Shown here piece after piece: positions 1-9,884 of a DNA stretch of 64,000 nucleotides. Numbering within the stretch: position 1 is the stretch's first letter; the number at the start of each line of letters is the position of its first letter. The notes below the pieces were generated by a model that had not been told where the DNA came from, made no database searches, and saw nothing but the letters and a program-made list of their open reading frames with translations. Origin of the DNA: a virus (Duplodnaviria > Caudoviricetes); IMG/VR virus record IMGVR_UViG_3300028888_000057; one strand, given 5' to 3'. Made by a program: the position numbers and the translations under genes.

Positions 1-2903
1 CAAGCCTTAGTGGGATGATCACCAGATCCATCTTGACCAAACACTGCTTTGTTCTTCTTACTGTTGCAAAGATCGCCCATCGCATAAAGAACAGTCTCTT
101 CAGGCTTGATCTCGAGCGAGCTGAACCATTTCGTTTCATTGCTGTTATTTGTAATAAACACAGCACAAGGCTTACCTTCAACAGAGTCACGTACACCCGG
201 CCTTGTTCTGGGTTCGGTAATGTACGGCTGATAAGTATTGTACCAGTCGACTGCGTTAATATTGTTAGCATTCTCAGAAGAAGCAACATTAACCTTGATA
301 TTCAGATAGTTAACGGGAATTGCGTTCTCAGAAATCTTATACTTCTTGCCAGTCTTCTTGAAGTCAATATCCATATTTAGAGAAGATCGACCATAAGCAG
401 CAGAAGACGTACCCTGCACTTTAAATACAGTCCCGTCGTTACCGGACAATTCGAGTACGTTAGAGCCGTCAGTGATCCTGACATCGGCAGTAACCGGGTC
501 GGACTTGTTCAGCGTCATTCTGGGCGCAGAAATCTCGATGATTGTGAGATCCGGAGAAGCAGTATGAAGTACAGCAGGAGTGATCCTTTCATTTTGATCC
601 AAGATTGTATTCTTGGTGTAACGATCTACCTTTTCTAAAGTGGTATTGCCACATGATACATAGTTCTGAATCATGTTTGCCTTAGATAAAGCAGAAGCAT
701 AAATTCTGATTCCGTATACCCATACGTCACAATGTTCAGAACCAATAACCAGCTGTCCTTCATCCTGAACAAGCATGTTGTTGGAATACTTGATCGCTCC
801 GGAAGGAATACCATCCAACCACACGGTAGCAAGCCGCTGAGTTCCTTCACTTGCAACTTCAACGAGAATAGACATGTCAATACGGGTATCTTCACTGTAT
901 CTGAACTCGTTGCCAACGACATTGTTCAGTCTTAATTCACCGTTATTGGATTTCAGAATAATGCCTTTGGATTGCTGGTCGTTCAGTTCGTACATAGCAA
1001 CAGCATCGTACTGATCGCTATTTGTAACACGGAAAGAAATATCGATTGTCTTTCCGTTCGTGTCTCTGTCTTCAAACAATCCACGAGGAAGTCTAGCCGT
1101 ATTGCCTTTCTTAACAACAAAAGCAATTGCTCCATTTTCGTCTGTCTTGAATCCACCATTGACCCAGTCAAAAGGAATCTTATCAGACTCCTGAATAGCC
1201 GTGTCATAGTTATTAAAGATGAGACCTCCAAACTCTTCTCTGTCTGCGTCGGAATTATCGTGTCCAAGAGGATCTAAGACATAGAGCAAACTGTCATCAG
1301 AATAGTAGCTCAGGTTATAACTCACAGCCGCAACATTCAACACTGTCGTTGTGGAAGCCGTGCCGCATCGTAAGACCACGTTGATCGTTCCATATTCAGA
1401 GGGAGAGTATTGATATTTTCTGAGTTCTCGTCTTGCAGAAATAGAAACAGGATTGCCAGATCCAACCTGAATCGTACAATTGGCTGTTTCGTTATTTGGA
1501 TCGAATACAAAGTAATAGATATCCACAAGGTCGTACTGATTGCAATTAATTGAAGATGATTCAAATGCGACAACAGGAGAGGTCACACCTGTACCCCAGA
1601 TAAGAGTATAGTGAATATCATCGGCTTTGTCGTCAGGATCTTCAGTAGAAGCCATGCTCGCTGTAATAACGTTTACGCCGGGGACGAACACCTCTTTGTT
1701 CAACAATACAGTAAGAGTCATACTGCCGTTGACCTGACGTGTAATCGTAGTTTCATTTACGGTAATTGTCACGTTATTTGTTGAGTTTCCTTCAGCCGAT
1801 ACGTTAATCGGAACATAAATGTTGGTATTGGAATTATTCAGCATGATTGCGTCAATTGAACTACCCCATTCAATGCTGAAAGCAACACACTCAATATTCC
1901 ACTTTCTGGTTAACGACGCTCCGCCGACGCTTGTAATTCTGGCTTCAACAGTATTTCTGACAGAAGGCGTAAGATCGTTCTGAACATTTCTGGAGAAAGA
2001 CGAGCCGCTGATATCGCTGCTTGTTCCAACCACTTTGTTGTTAACAAGCCATGTTACAGAGATATCCGTATCGTCAGAAGCCGTGGCTGTGAAGCTGAAT
2101 GTAGCAGGCTTTCCGTTTCGAACAGTACTCGGTCTTACAACATTAGACAAAGCGATAGTCGCAACAGCACCGCCGCCGCCTCCACCAGCTGGAAGCTGAA
2201 TAGGAGTATAAATATCGTTCGACAGCGGTGTTCCATTCTTGGAAAGAATTAGATAGTTGTTTTCATCTACGGTACCGCCATTGAAATCCAATCCAGTGCC
2301 AATTGTAGTTGTTGAGTTATTGTCGTAACGTACGTTGATTCCACCCTCAGATGGCGTGACTTCACGTACAAAGTTACCAAAGTTATTCAGACGATCATTA
2401 AGCGTCGAAACGGTCTCAGAAAGTCCGCTCACATCGGAAGAAGAAGCAGCACCAATGTTGGCTCTTGCCTGTACCTTTTCCGTTCCTTCGAGTTCCTGAG
2501 ATTCATCGTAACGAACATAACCATCCAGCGAAGGAATTTCACTCGCAGAAATCGCTCCGATATTCTGTCTGGCCTGAAGCTTCTGTGCTTCGCTTAATGT
2601 CTGTTGGATATACTTAATACTCTCAGGAGACGAAATGCTGACATATTCATCTTCTTCCCAACGGAACATGTTATTTGTAGACTTATCGATATAAATCTTA
2701 TTAGACTCACCCGTTTCAGGAAATGCTTCCTGATTAGCATATTCGTGTACTTCATACACATCAGAAGGAACTTGAGTGCTTACGAGTTTGCCTGTAGCGT
2801 CAAGCTGAGCCACGCCTTCATTTGCACCGTACTTTGATTCAATATCGGTTTTAAGTTTTCCTTTGAATCGTTCCAGATTTTCCAAAGTAATAAGTATTGG
2901 CAT
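1..2903 (-). CDS. Large virion/tail-associated protein, partial (>967 aa, runs off window edge): fibre-like N-terminus, beta-rich (Ig/LamG-like) region, CotH-like domain
   Basis: Absent from ORF track (no stop inside window). Manual translation from ATG 2903 (RBS AAGGAG 2914-2919) stays open to position 3: MPILITLENLERFKGKLK…GVAQLDATGKLVSTQVPSDV…KVQGTSSAAYGRSSLNMDIDF…KVNVASSENANN…DHPTKA. Confidence 0.85.
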   Translation of the reverse strand, partial: MPILITLENLERFKGKLKTDIESKYGANEGVAQLDATGKLVSTQVPSDVYEVHEYANQEAFPETGESNKIYIDKSTNNMFRWEEDEYVSISSPESIKYIQQTLSEAQKLQARQNIGAISASEIPSLDGYVRYDESQELEGTEKVQARANIGAASSSDVSGLSETVSTLNDRLNNFGNFVREVTPSEGGINVRYDNNSTTTIGTGLDFNGGTVDENNYLILSKNGTPLSNDIYTPIQLPAGGGGGGAVATIALSNVVRPSTVRNGKPATFSFTATASDDTDISVTWLVNNKVVGTSSDISGSSFSRNVQNDLTPSVRNTVEARITSVGGASLTRKWNIECVAFSIEWGSSIDAIMLNNSNTNIYVPINVSAEGNSTNNVTITVNETTITRQVNGSMTLTVLLNKEVFVPGVNVITASMASTEDPDDKADDIHYTLIWGTGVTSPVVAFESSSINCNQYDLVDIYYFVFDPNNETANCTIQVGSGNPVSISARRELRKYQYSPSEYGTINVVLRCGTASTTTVLNVAAVSYNLSYYSDDSLLYVLDPLGHDNSDADREEFGGLIFNNYDTAIQESDKIPFDWVNGGFKTDENGAIAFVVKKGNTARLPRGLFEDRDTNGKTIDISFRVTNSDQYDAVAMYELNDQQSKGIILKSNNGELRLNNVVGNEFRYSEDTRIDMSILVEVASEGTQRLATVWLDGIPSGAIKYSNNMLVQDEGQLVIGSEHCDVWVYGIRIYASALSKANMIQNYVSCGNTTLEKVDRYTKNTILDQNERITPAVLHTASPDLTIIEISAPRMTLNKSDPVTADVRITDGSNVLELSGNDGTVFKVQGTSSAAYGRSSLNMDIDFKKTGKKYKISENAIPVNYLNIKVNVASSENANNINAVDWYNTYQPYITEPRTRPGVRDSVEGKPCAVFITNNSNETKWFSSLEIKPEETVLYAMGDLCNSKKNKAVFGQDGSGDHPTKA

Positions 2904-2922
2904 GAATCTTCATCTCCTTTCA

Positions 2923-3540
2923 TTAAGTATTTTCAAACATCGCATCGATTTGAGCGTCGGTTGCAACAACAGGCTCAAACGTAAGTTCGTCAATGTATTG
3001 TTTGATAGTCTTACTGTTGTTGACAGCAATTTCAATATCGTCGCCGCGAACAACAACCACGCCTGTTTTACCGTTGACAGAGCTGATTTCAACAGAGCTG
3101 TCTATTCCAACATATGAAACACTATACAAAGTACTTGTGGTTCCATCTACCCATCGAAGAACAACTCTCGTCCATACGTATTGCCCTTGTTGCGGGTTTG
3201 GAAGATTGCTCCATGTTCCGCCGCTTGGTGGATTGGTTCCACTCGTAGAATTCTGATAAGAAACGCTTGCAGTTGCGCCCTTATCGGTTGCTGCCATGTT
3301 TACAATAGCCCGAATCCATTCGGATTCAGTCCCTTCATAGCCGTTCTCAACGGCAATTGGATATAAAGTAACATATCCCAGTTCAACAATTCTGCTGTTG
3401 GCATATTCGGCATAAAGCATACCGCTTTCGTTATTATCGCCTCCGCTTCCGTCACCGATCCACACACGTTTCACGTCACGGTATACAGACAAGAATTCTT
3501 TGAATGTGGGATAGAATTCATAAACTCCATTTCCGTTCAT
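2923..3540 (-). CDS. Tail-associated hypothetical protein
   Basis: 205-aa ORF in operon; motifs AVENGYEGTESEW, YVWTRVVLRWVDG and SVNGKTGVV are typical of Firmicutes phage tail-fibre-associated proteins. Confidence 0.65.
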   Translation of the reverse strand: MNGNGVYEFYPTFKEFLSVYRDVKRVWIGDGSGGDNNESGMLYAEYANSRIVELGYVTLYPIAVENGYEGTESEWIRAIVNMAATDKGATASVSYQNSTSGTNPPSGGTWSNLPNPQQGQYVWTRVVLRWVDGTTSTLYSVSYVGIDSSVEISSVNGKTGVVVVRGDDIEIAVNNSKTIKQYIDELTFEPVVATDAQIDAMFENT

Positions 3541-3542
3541 TG

Positions 3543-3866
3543 TTAACGCACAACCTCTCTATAATGTTGTATACCGTTTTCACCTTTGATCTCCACACTG
3601 GAGCAGCGTGAACCGGATGTAAACAGTACATTGAGTTGTACTGTATAACTGTAACCATCATCAAACAACAGGGATTCTTCCTGAGAAAGTTCTACAGAAA
3701 ACTGACTGTTTGTTCCTGTTGCATCTTGAGTTATGTCGATAGGGTAAGCTGTTTTATTCAGAATAATTCGGTCATTCTGATAATAGGTAACAATAATTTT
3801 ATCGACCTCTTCACCGGTAAACGGAATATGAAATTGATGAACGATAGTTTCGCCAGGAATAAACAT
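3543..3866 (-). CDS. Small beta-rich baseplate-type protein (BppU-N-like)
   Basis: 107-aa ORF with RBS, operon spacing; VELSQEESLLF…VQLNVL pattern. Confidence 0.55.
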   Translation of the reverse strand: MFIPGETIVHQFHIPFTGEEVDKIIVTYYQNDRIILNKTAYPIDITQDATGTNSQFSVELSQEESLLFDDGYSYTVQLNVLFTSGSRCSSVEIKGENGIQHYREVVR

Positions 3867-3917
3867 CTTTTCCGCTTCCTTTCTTTGAAAGATAATATTG
3901 ATTCTATATAACAGGTA

Positions 3918-4154
3918 TTACTGCAATATTTCATCCAGCTCTTCTATTGTGATAGGCTGAAGTGAAGCATCGCCTTCAATACCTAAATCTTCAAGAGTTA
4001 GATTTCCGACAACTTCGACACCGTTAATCACCGGCTTGTTAGTTAGTTTTTCGTAGTCTGAAGTGCCGGTGCCACCACCCGTCGCTACAGGAGTAGCGAG
4101 GGTGAGCGTATGATAATTTCCCTTGCGAATAGATTGAGTGTCAGGCTTATACAT
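3918..4154 (-). CDS. Small tail-associated protein
   Basis: 78 aa, RBS GGGGGTG; motif DYEKLTNKPVINGVEVVGNLTLEDLGI is common in phage fibre proteins. Confidence 0.65.
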   Translation of the reverse strand: MYKPDTQSIRKGNYHTLTLATPVATGGGTGTSDYEKLTNKPVINGVEVVGNLTLEDLGIEGDASLQPITIEELDEILQ

Positions 4155-4172
4155 CCACTCACCCCCTTTTAT

Positions 4173-4514
4173 TTATTCATTTTCGTTAAAGGTAATTTCT
4201 TCAGTTAGAATAAAATCACCAACAAAAGTTTCTTTAAGCTGATCTTCATAAACAAATTGGATGTCAAACTTGTAATTTCCATAGGTCATATTCGCAGTGT
4301 CTTCTGGTTCGATTTTTACTTGATATTCACCAAGATTCACTTTCGTAATGCCGCCGGTACTCAGACGTTCCTGAAATTGGAAAGGACGTTCTTTGGAAGT
4401 CTTCTTGACAGTAAAATACACTTCCGTAAAATCAATATCAGTCTGAGTGCCATCAGGATTATTCACAATAAATCGAACCAGTCTAATATCGCCTCGCGGC
4501 ATTCTAATCATCAT
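4173..4514 (-). CDS. BppU-N-like baseplate protein
   Basis: 113 aa, RBS AAGGAG; RGD…YFTVK…VKIEPEDT…YKFDIQ pattern. Confidence 0.6.
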   Translation of the reverse strand: MMIRMPRGDIRLVRFIVNNPDGTQTDIDFTEVYFTVKKTSKERPFQFQERLSTGGITKVNLGEYQVKIEPEDTANMTYGNYKFDIQFVYEDQLKETFVGDFILTEEITFNENE

Positions 4515-4529
4515 CTTGGTTCATCTCCT

Positions 4530-4898
4530 TTACCAGCGGCGCTCTTCTGGATACATCGGATAGTTCATAGGATAGTGTCCAGACATATCCGGCCCATTCT
4601 CTCTGCTTCGACGCATCGCATAAGAGTTATCCATATAAGAGTTATTTCCATAGGAATTGTTTCCATAGGAACCATTCATATAAGAGCCGCTGTTCATAGC
4701 ATAAGAATTATTGTTATATTGGCCCATTTCACTTTGTTTCATAGCCATATAAGTCGCAAGGCTTTTCATTGCGTGAGCAAGCAGATCAATCTTGCGAAGA
4801 TCTCCTTCACTCATTTCAGCCCCGGTGCGATACTTTTCTTCAAGGAGTTCCAGTTCTTTGCAGAGCTTGTTTTCAAGAATCATATATCTCTTATCCAT
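4530..4898 (-). CDS. Hypothetical protein with N/S/Y-rich repeats
   Basis: 122 aa, RBS AAGGAG; repeated xxSY units (NNSYAM, GSYMN, GSYGN, NSYGN, NSYMD). Confidence 0.75.
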   Translation of the reverse strand: MDKRYMILENKLCKELELLEEKYRTGAEMSEGDLRKIDLLAHAMKSLATYMAMKQSEMGQYNNNSYAMNSGSYMNGSYGNNSYGNNSYMDNSYAMRRSRENGPDMSGHYPMNYPMYPEERRW

Positions 4899-4912
4899 AG
4901 TTCAACACTCCT

Positions 4913-5368
4913 TTACGCCAGACGAGTTACTTCAACATTAAGATTGCGGAGATTTAACGCTGGAGCAACAGCCGCAGGAGTTGCACCTACAGATGCGTTC
5001 TCGACAGCCACCGTATAGCAGCATCCAACAGGAACATCTACAATAGCGAAATTGGAAACACTCCAGTAAGCATCAGCAACCGTAGGAGTCGCAGCCGCAA
5101 TGCTTGCCTGATCAATTTCACCGCCAATGGCAACAGCAAGCTGAATCTCACCAACGGTGCCATCGGTCGGAACAGCAATATTCCCAGCATAAGCGACACG
5201 ATACCGTGCAAAGCGTCCGCATGGATTGTTAACAATGCCGCGAAGAGTTAAGATGCCAGAGCCGGGACGATGGATAACATTTCCACGGTTACAACCAATG
5301 TTGTCGTCTAAAAGAGCAGAAGCACCCGGTTGTACAAGTTGTACAGGAATATAATTGTATTGAGCCAT
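4913..5368 (-). CDS. Beta-sandwich protein, BclA C-terminal-like
   Basis: 151 aa, RBS AAGGA; HRPGSGILTLRG…YRVAYAGNIA…VPVGCC motif (family recognised from memory). Confidence 0.55.
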   Translation of the reverse strand: MAQYNYIPVQLVQPGASALLDDNIGCNRGNVIHRPGSGILTLRGIVNNPCGRFARYRVAYAGNIAVPTDGTVGEIQLAVAIGGEIDQASIAAATPTVADAYWSVSNFAIVDVPVGCCYTVAVENASVGATPAAVAPALNLRNLNVEVTRLA

Positions 5369-5465
5369 AATATTTCATCCTTTCAAAATGTTAAAAGATA
5401 AGACAACGTCTTAAAATGAAAGAGATGAAGGGAGACCTATTATGTTAGGCCTCCCTTCAACGAAA

Positions 5466-6176
5466 TCACATATTGCCACAACCGCAGCCAAAGTTCTGAT
5501 TGCAGCAAGCAGGATTCTGAACTACGTAAGCAGGACGCGGAGTCGGAGCGAGATACTGCTCAAGCGCCGTCGTCTGAGCTTCGTTATTAGCCAGAATCGC
5601 AGCGGTCTGAGCACCCTGAGAAGCCGCAAACCGAAGAGCCTGATTGGCATTCTGCTCAGCCGTGAGCTGACTCTGCAGGGCACGAAGCTGGCCTTCATAA
5701 TTCTGCTTAACGCCATCCAGTTCAAGCTGGCAAAGCTTGTCAAGGATCTTCTGATTATTATCATCACAATTGGCGCGAGTGTTGGCGGACTCAGTTGCGA
5801 TGGTATACTTAACGTCAGCAGTTGCTGCACGATTCTCGCAGAAACCATTCTGCAGAGCAAGCTGAGTAGCAAAATTCTGGTTCATGTCCGCCATCTGACG
5901 GCTATTAGCAGAAATTTCGGCCTGAGCAAAACCATTGGTTAAGGAATTCTGAATGCCAGTGATCCCGTTCATAACTGCATTCTGGTCGAATCCACGCTGC
6001 ACTTCGGAATACGCACCGTTGTTGCCGAAACCACCGAATCCATTGCCGCCCCATCCGAACATTGCCATCCAGATGAGGAGGAACCAGAGACCGTTTCCGC
6101 CAAACATATCATTGCCATATCCACCATAAGCGGGAGCCACGGGCATATACATTCCATTGCCATTTTCAGTCATCAT
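5466..6176 (-). CDS. Conserved Firmicutes-phage hypothetical protein (Gly/aromatic N-terminus, coiled coil, GCGC C-terminus)
   Basis: 236 aa, RBS AGGAG; FGGNGLWFLLIW…QRGFDQ…QKILDKLC…GCGCGNM. Confidence 0.8.
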   Translation of the reverse strand: MMTENGNGMYMPVAPAYGGYGNDMFGGNGLWFLLIWMAMFGWGGNGFGGFGNNGAYSEVQRGFDQNAVMNGITGIQNSLTNGFAQAEISANSRQMADMNQNFATQLALQNGFCENRAATADVKYTIATESANTRANCDDNNQKILDKLCQLELDGVKQNYEGQLRALQSQLTAEQNANQALRFAASQGAQTAAILANNEAQTTALEQYLAPTPRPAYVVQNPACCNQNFGCGCGNM

Positions 6177-6618
6177 AATAAATCGCTCCTATTCTAGATA
6201 TTTACTTTGTAAACAAAGTAGGGATTTAGCATTTGCTTACTTAACACGGCAAATACCGAAAGCGTGCCGAATTCTATTGCTTAATAACAACCTGTTAATT
6301 AAGATAAAATTCGTATGAAATTAAAAAGAACGCTACGAGCACAAGTCTCGTAGCGTAGTAATATTTCCAATCTCTCCTTAGATTTAATTACGTGTAGCGC
6401 TATACGTAATTTCATTATTCGTTTCTGAACGAGATGAGGGATGGAAATAGAACTCAATTTTACCCACATCTTACGAGTTCTGCTTTTATTGCAGCGGAGA
6501 TTAGACGTGTTCAACTCCCAAAAAATAATTTTACAATCGTCTGATGCTGTATTCTTGTAATATAACAAGTATTAAAAAGTACAACTTTATACTTCGTTAT
6601 ATAGCAATTAAACATGTT

Positions 6619-8778
6619 TTATTCTTTTACGATATAAGTCCCTCCAAAGTAGAGCCTTTTTGATGTGGTAGCACCATTTAGAGTATAAATTGATACTTGC
6701 CCGTCATTATTAATACTAATAGTAACGCAGGTTCCTCCAATATTTCCGGTTACAAATGTTCTATCTTTCGGACGATCTCCTTCTGGCAACGTTGCGATCG
6801 TTTCGTCCTCGGCGTGTACCCTGCTCACGCCTTGAAAGGATACGGAACGGATTCTTCCTGATCGCATTATAATTCCATTCGCTCCGCTTTCATCTGTTGA
6901 GACATAGTTTGTAAAGCTATTCCAGTCATAGGCCAAATTGCTATTTAACGCAGTAACGGCCGCACCTAAAGCAGTTCCGCCAGATGAATCAGCATTACAG
7001 TTAACATATATATCTCCTTTTAATCTCTCGTTACCATACCAATCTAACGTTCGTGCATTGGAACGATTAGAATCGTTTGATCCATTTCCAACCATTTCAA
7101 TATATGTGCCAGTTGAATTCGTGTTATTCGGATTTGGATCTGGAACGTTTAATTTTCCAAATACATGTTGATAACGATGAGAACTGATTGTGGAATAACC
7201 CTCTACGTGAGAATAATTGCCGTTTGCCTCAGAAGAGTTTCCTTCTGCGTGAGAACATGTACCTACAGCTTTTGTTTGATATCCTTCTGCGTGAGCTGTG
7301 TCGCCGGATGCAGTACTTTCATGGCCTTCTGCATGCGAATAATTTCCAGATGCGGTTGTTGTATATCCTTCGGCGTGCGCTGCATTACCAGAGGCAACGC
7401 TTTGCATTCCTTCTGCGTGACTAGCAATTTCGGATGCTGTTGATGACGATCCTTCTGCATGAGAACCGCCCGCTGTTGCCTTCGCACCATTCCCTATAGA
7501 AAACGAATACATACCTGACGCTTCTACATTAGTTCCTATTGCGACACTATTCGTCCCGACCGTTGTCGAAGCTGCTCTTCCCATGCTGATGCTTCCTGTA
7601 AATACAGGACTTGCCGTAGGAGCTTTGTTGTCGTTAAGAATTTTACCTTGCTTAGCAGTTAAGGCTTCCAAAGTAGAGCTGCTTGTAAGTGTATCGTTTA
7701 GTGGAATGCTCGCTTTCGTTGCGGTAATTACACCTTGTGCATTTTGGCTTATTGTCTTAATAAATGTGGTAGACGTTCCACTAGCCGATGGATCAGACAC
7801 GGCACTTTGTGTATTCTTCTTTCCGGAAATATCTTGATGAGCAGTTAAAACTTTTACTCCTCCGCTATACAAACATCCGTCCGTGCCAACATAAGCCGTA
7901 TTATGAGAGTAAGTTTGAGGATTTGCTGCTTGAGAAGTTGCACCAACTATGTATATTTTCGAAGAAGTATCTGTTGAACCGGCAGTGTTTTTAGTATCAG
8001 TTGTCTTATATCCTTTTCCTTCTACAAAAGACGCTACAGCCGCTGAAGTTGGAAGGTTAACACTTGTCGACGATGCGCTAATCGAGGAATCGACTGCTTT
8101 TGCAGATGCAGCGTTTAGTGTAAAACCGTCAACAGATCCTCCTGTGAGTAATTCTTTTGTATTTGGATTATAGGTCAATGTGCTTGTCTTTCTAGCGCCT
8201 TCTGTTCGGGTCGTATTGTCAGCTGTTCCAGAAAATAAAACTTCATAATCTGCGTCTGTCGCAGTTGCAGTTTGCGTAACGCTGTTATTCGTATCGCTTC
8301 CAGGAATCCCCAGCGCAGTAATATCAGCCTTGGCTACTGCTGTTGCCGCTGTCACATGGCCTTGCGCATTCGTTGTGATTTTATATAATCCAGAAGTGAA
8401 AGCACTACCTGAAGCCGCAGCATGATCATATGCCGTTTTGCCACGGTCGCCACGGTATGCTGTCGAGCTTGTTTCGCCTAAAGCTAATGAAGCAGATATC
8501 TCAACGTATGCAGAACCAGACCATCGATAAGTTTTATTGGTATCTTTAGCTACATATATTTTTCCTGTTTCGCCTGTAGCTGGGAAATCGCTTTGTTTTG
8601 CATACTCAAGCACGTCATCAACATAGCTTGGCAATTGGCTGGATGGAACCTTTCCTGAAGAATCGAGTTCCGCTAATCCATTTGCAGCGCCCTTTAATGT
8701 TGTGTTTAATTTCTTGGAAAATAAATTATCTAATAGTCCTTTAAACGTTTGTAGTCCATGTGTATCAAGGAAAGCCAT
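6619..8778 (-). CDS. Tail fibre / receptor-binding protein with YadA-head-like (SHAEG) repeats
   Basis: 719 aa, RBS AAGGAGG; seven ~14-aa xHxEG repeats (trimeric beta-roll); C-terminal IATLPEGDRP head domain. Confidence 0.8.
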   Translation of the reverse strand: MAFLDTHGLQTFKGLLDNLFSKKLNTTLKGAANGLAELDSSGKVPSSQLPSYVDDVLEYAKQSDFPATGETGKIYVAKDTNKTYRWSGSAYVEISASLALGETSSTAYRGDRGKTAYDHAAASGSAFTSGLYKITTNAQGHVTAATAVAKADITALGIPGSDTNNSVTQTATATDADYEVLFSGTADNTTRTEGARKTSTLTYNPNTKELLTGGSVDGFTLNAASAKAVDSSISASSTSVNLPTSAAVASFVEGKGYKTTDTKNTAGSTDTSSKIYIVGATSQAANPQTYSHNTAYVGTDGCLYSGGVKVLTAHQDISGKKNTQSAVSDPSASGTSTTFIKTISQNAQGVITATKASIPLNDTLTSSSTLEALTAKQGKILNDNKAPTASPVFTGSISMGRAASTTVGTNSVAIGTNVEASGMYSFSIGNGAKATAGGSHAEGSSSTASEIASHAEGMQSVASGNAAHAEGYTTTASGNYSHAEGHESTASGDTAHAEGYQTKAVGTCSHAEGNSSEANGNYSHVEGYSTISSHRYQHVFGKLNVPDPNPNNTNSTGTYIEMVGNGSNDSNRSNARTLDWYGNERLKGDIYVNCNADSSGGTALGAAVTALNSNLAYDWNSFTNYVSTDESGANGIIMRSGRIRSVSFQGVSRVHAEDETIATLPEGDRPKDRTFVTGNIGGTCVTISINNDGQVSIYTLNGATTSKRLYFGGTYIVKE

Positions 8779-8793
8779 ATTTACCCTCCTTTC

Positions 8794-9051
8794 TCAGTAA
8801 TGTGGTATTTGATGCATGATGTTTTGAATCTGCTCGTTTGATATATGTCTTGTTTGTTGTAAATATTGAAGTATTTGATTTGGATTGTTTTGAGCATACG
8901 CGGGAATATCCGGAAACGCCTGCATAATAACTTGCATAGGATAATGCATAGCCTGCATAACCTGATTTACTCTTTGCATAGGATTCATAGGATAAAATGC
9001 GGCAGGACGATTATTCGGATACTGCATTTGTGCATTATATAGAGGATTCAT
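8794..9051 (-). CDS. Q/N/M/P-rich hypothetical protein
   Basis: 85 aa, start overlaps upstream stop (TAATG). Confidence 0.7.
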   Translation of the reverse strand: MNPLYNAQMQYPNNRPAAFYPMNPMQRVNQVMQAMHYPMQVIMQAFPDIPAYAQNNPNQILQYLQQTRHISNEQIQNIMHQIPHY

Positions 9052-9467
9052 TAGTTTCCACCCCGAGTTCTGGAAGAAGTTCCAATGTTCTGAATTGTCT
9101 GGGAAAGATTATGAATTTCTTCTTTCAACATGTCAAAGTCTTGGCGGGTAACAAACTGGTTGTTGTCTCCGGAGATATTGCCCGGAAGCAAAGCAGGATT
9201 AGTTCTTTCTTTGATTTCATAATCCAATTCCTGCATTTGATTAGGCATGCCCATATTATTCCAGCTTTTCAGCCAGATCTTCTTTTCGCTATTGTCCCAA
9301 AGAGCAATAGGAGTTTCAGGCGGCCAGCCTTGCGGCATCTGAAAAGCCTTGGCTCCAACTTCACCATCTACCCATTCCATAGATTTGATGTTGCTCGTAT
9401 AAGACTGAGCCTGAGGATAAGCATAAGGATATTGAGAGTAGTAAGGATTGTAATTATTGTACGCCAT
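9051..9467 (-). CDS. Conserved phage hypothetical protein
   Basis: 138 aa, RBS GAGGTG; WVDGEVGAKAF…LWD…IWLKS…FVTRQDFD motif. Confidence 0.8.
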   Translation of the reverse strand: MAYNNYNPYYSQYPYAYPQAQSYTSNIKSMEWVDGEVGAKAFQMPQGWPPETPIALWDNSEKKIWLKSWNNMGMPNQMQELDYEIKERTNPALLPGNISGDNNQFVTRQDFDMLKEEIHNLSQTIQNIGTSSRTRGGN

Positions 9468-9481
9468 TGTAAATCACCTCA

Positions 9482-9856
9482 TTATTTTATTCTCCAGAAA
9501 AATGATGCTAATTCCTGACCAGAATCCCAGCTGTCCCAATAGTTTCCATTAATAATAGCGACCGCATGAGATCCCGTTCCAATGATGTAAGTACCGTTCG
9601 GAAATTCCCGCGTAAAACCTTCAATCGTTATGCAAGAAGGACAGGACGCAGGAAGCAAAAAAGGCTCGAAACCTTTGAGATATAAGTAGTGCCCCCAGAC
9701 CGTATCAGCTGAGGGCATGTTAAAATCATTTCTTGCAACCGTATACAATTCATCAAATGTTTGAATCCAAGGTTGATTCAAAGCGATTGATATTGCACGG
9801 ACTACACAATCCGGTACTTCTTTTTTAGCCGGATTAGGATTAGCTTTAATCCACAT
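9482..9856 (-). CDS. Conserved phage protein (NPNP…DCVVRAI; Cys-His-Asp, possibly peptidase-like)
   Basis: 124 aa; DCVVRAI…GSHAVAI…YWDSWDS. Confidence 0.7.
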   Translation of the reverse strand: MWIKANPNPAKKEVPDCVVRAISIALNQPWIQTFDELYTVARNDFNMPSADTVWGHYLYLKGFEPFLLPASCPSCITIEGFTREFPNGTYIIGTGSHAVAIINGNYWDSWDSGQELASFFWRIK

Positions 9857-9884
9857 ATTCCACTTCCTTCCTGCGTCTTGTGAT

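Noticed and set aside
4257-5942. Plus-strand ORFs of 253 and 166 aa
   Set aside because: Antisense to well-formed minus-strand genes that have RBSs
6299-6568. 89-aa ORF downstream of the tail fibre
   Set aside because: No RBS or recognisable motif; region looks non-coding or decayed and contains a hairpin ACGCTACGAG/CTCGTAGCGT
6619-8778. Diversity-generating retroelement acting on the fibre
   Set aside because: No reverse transcriptase and no template/variable repeat pair seen in this window
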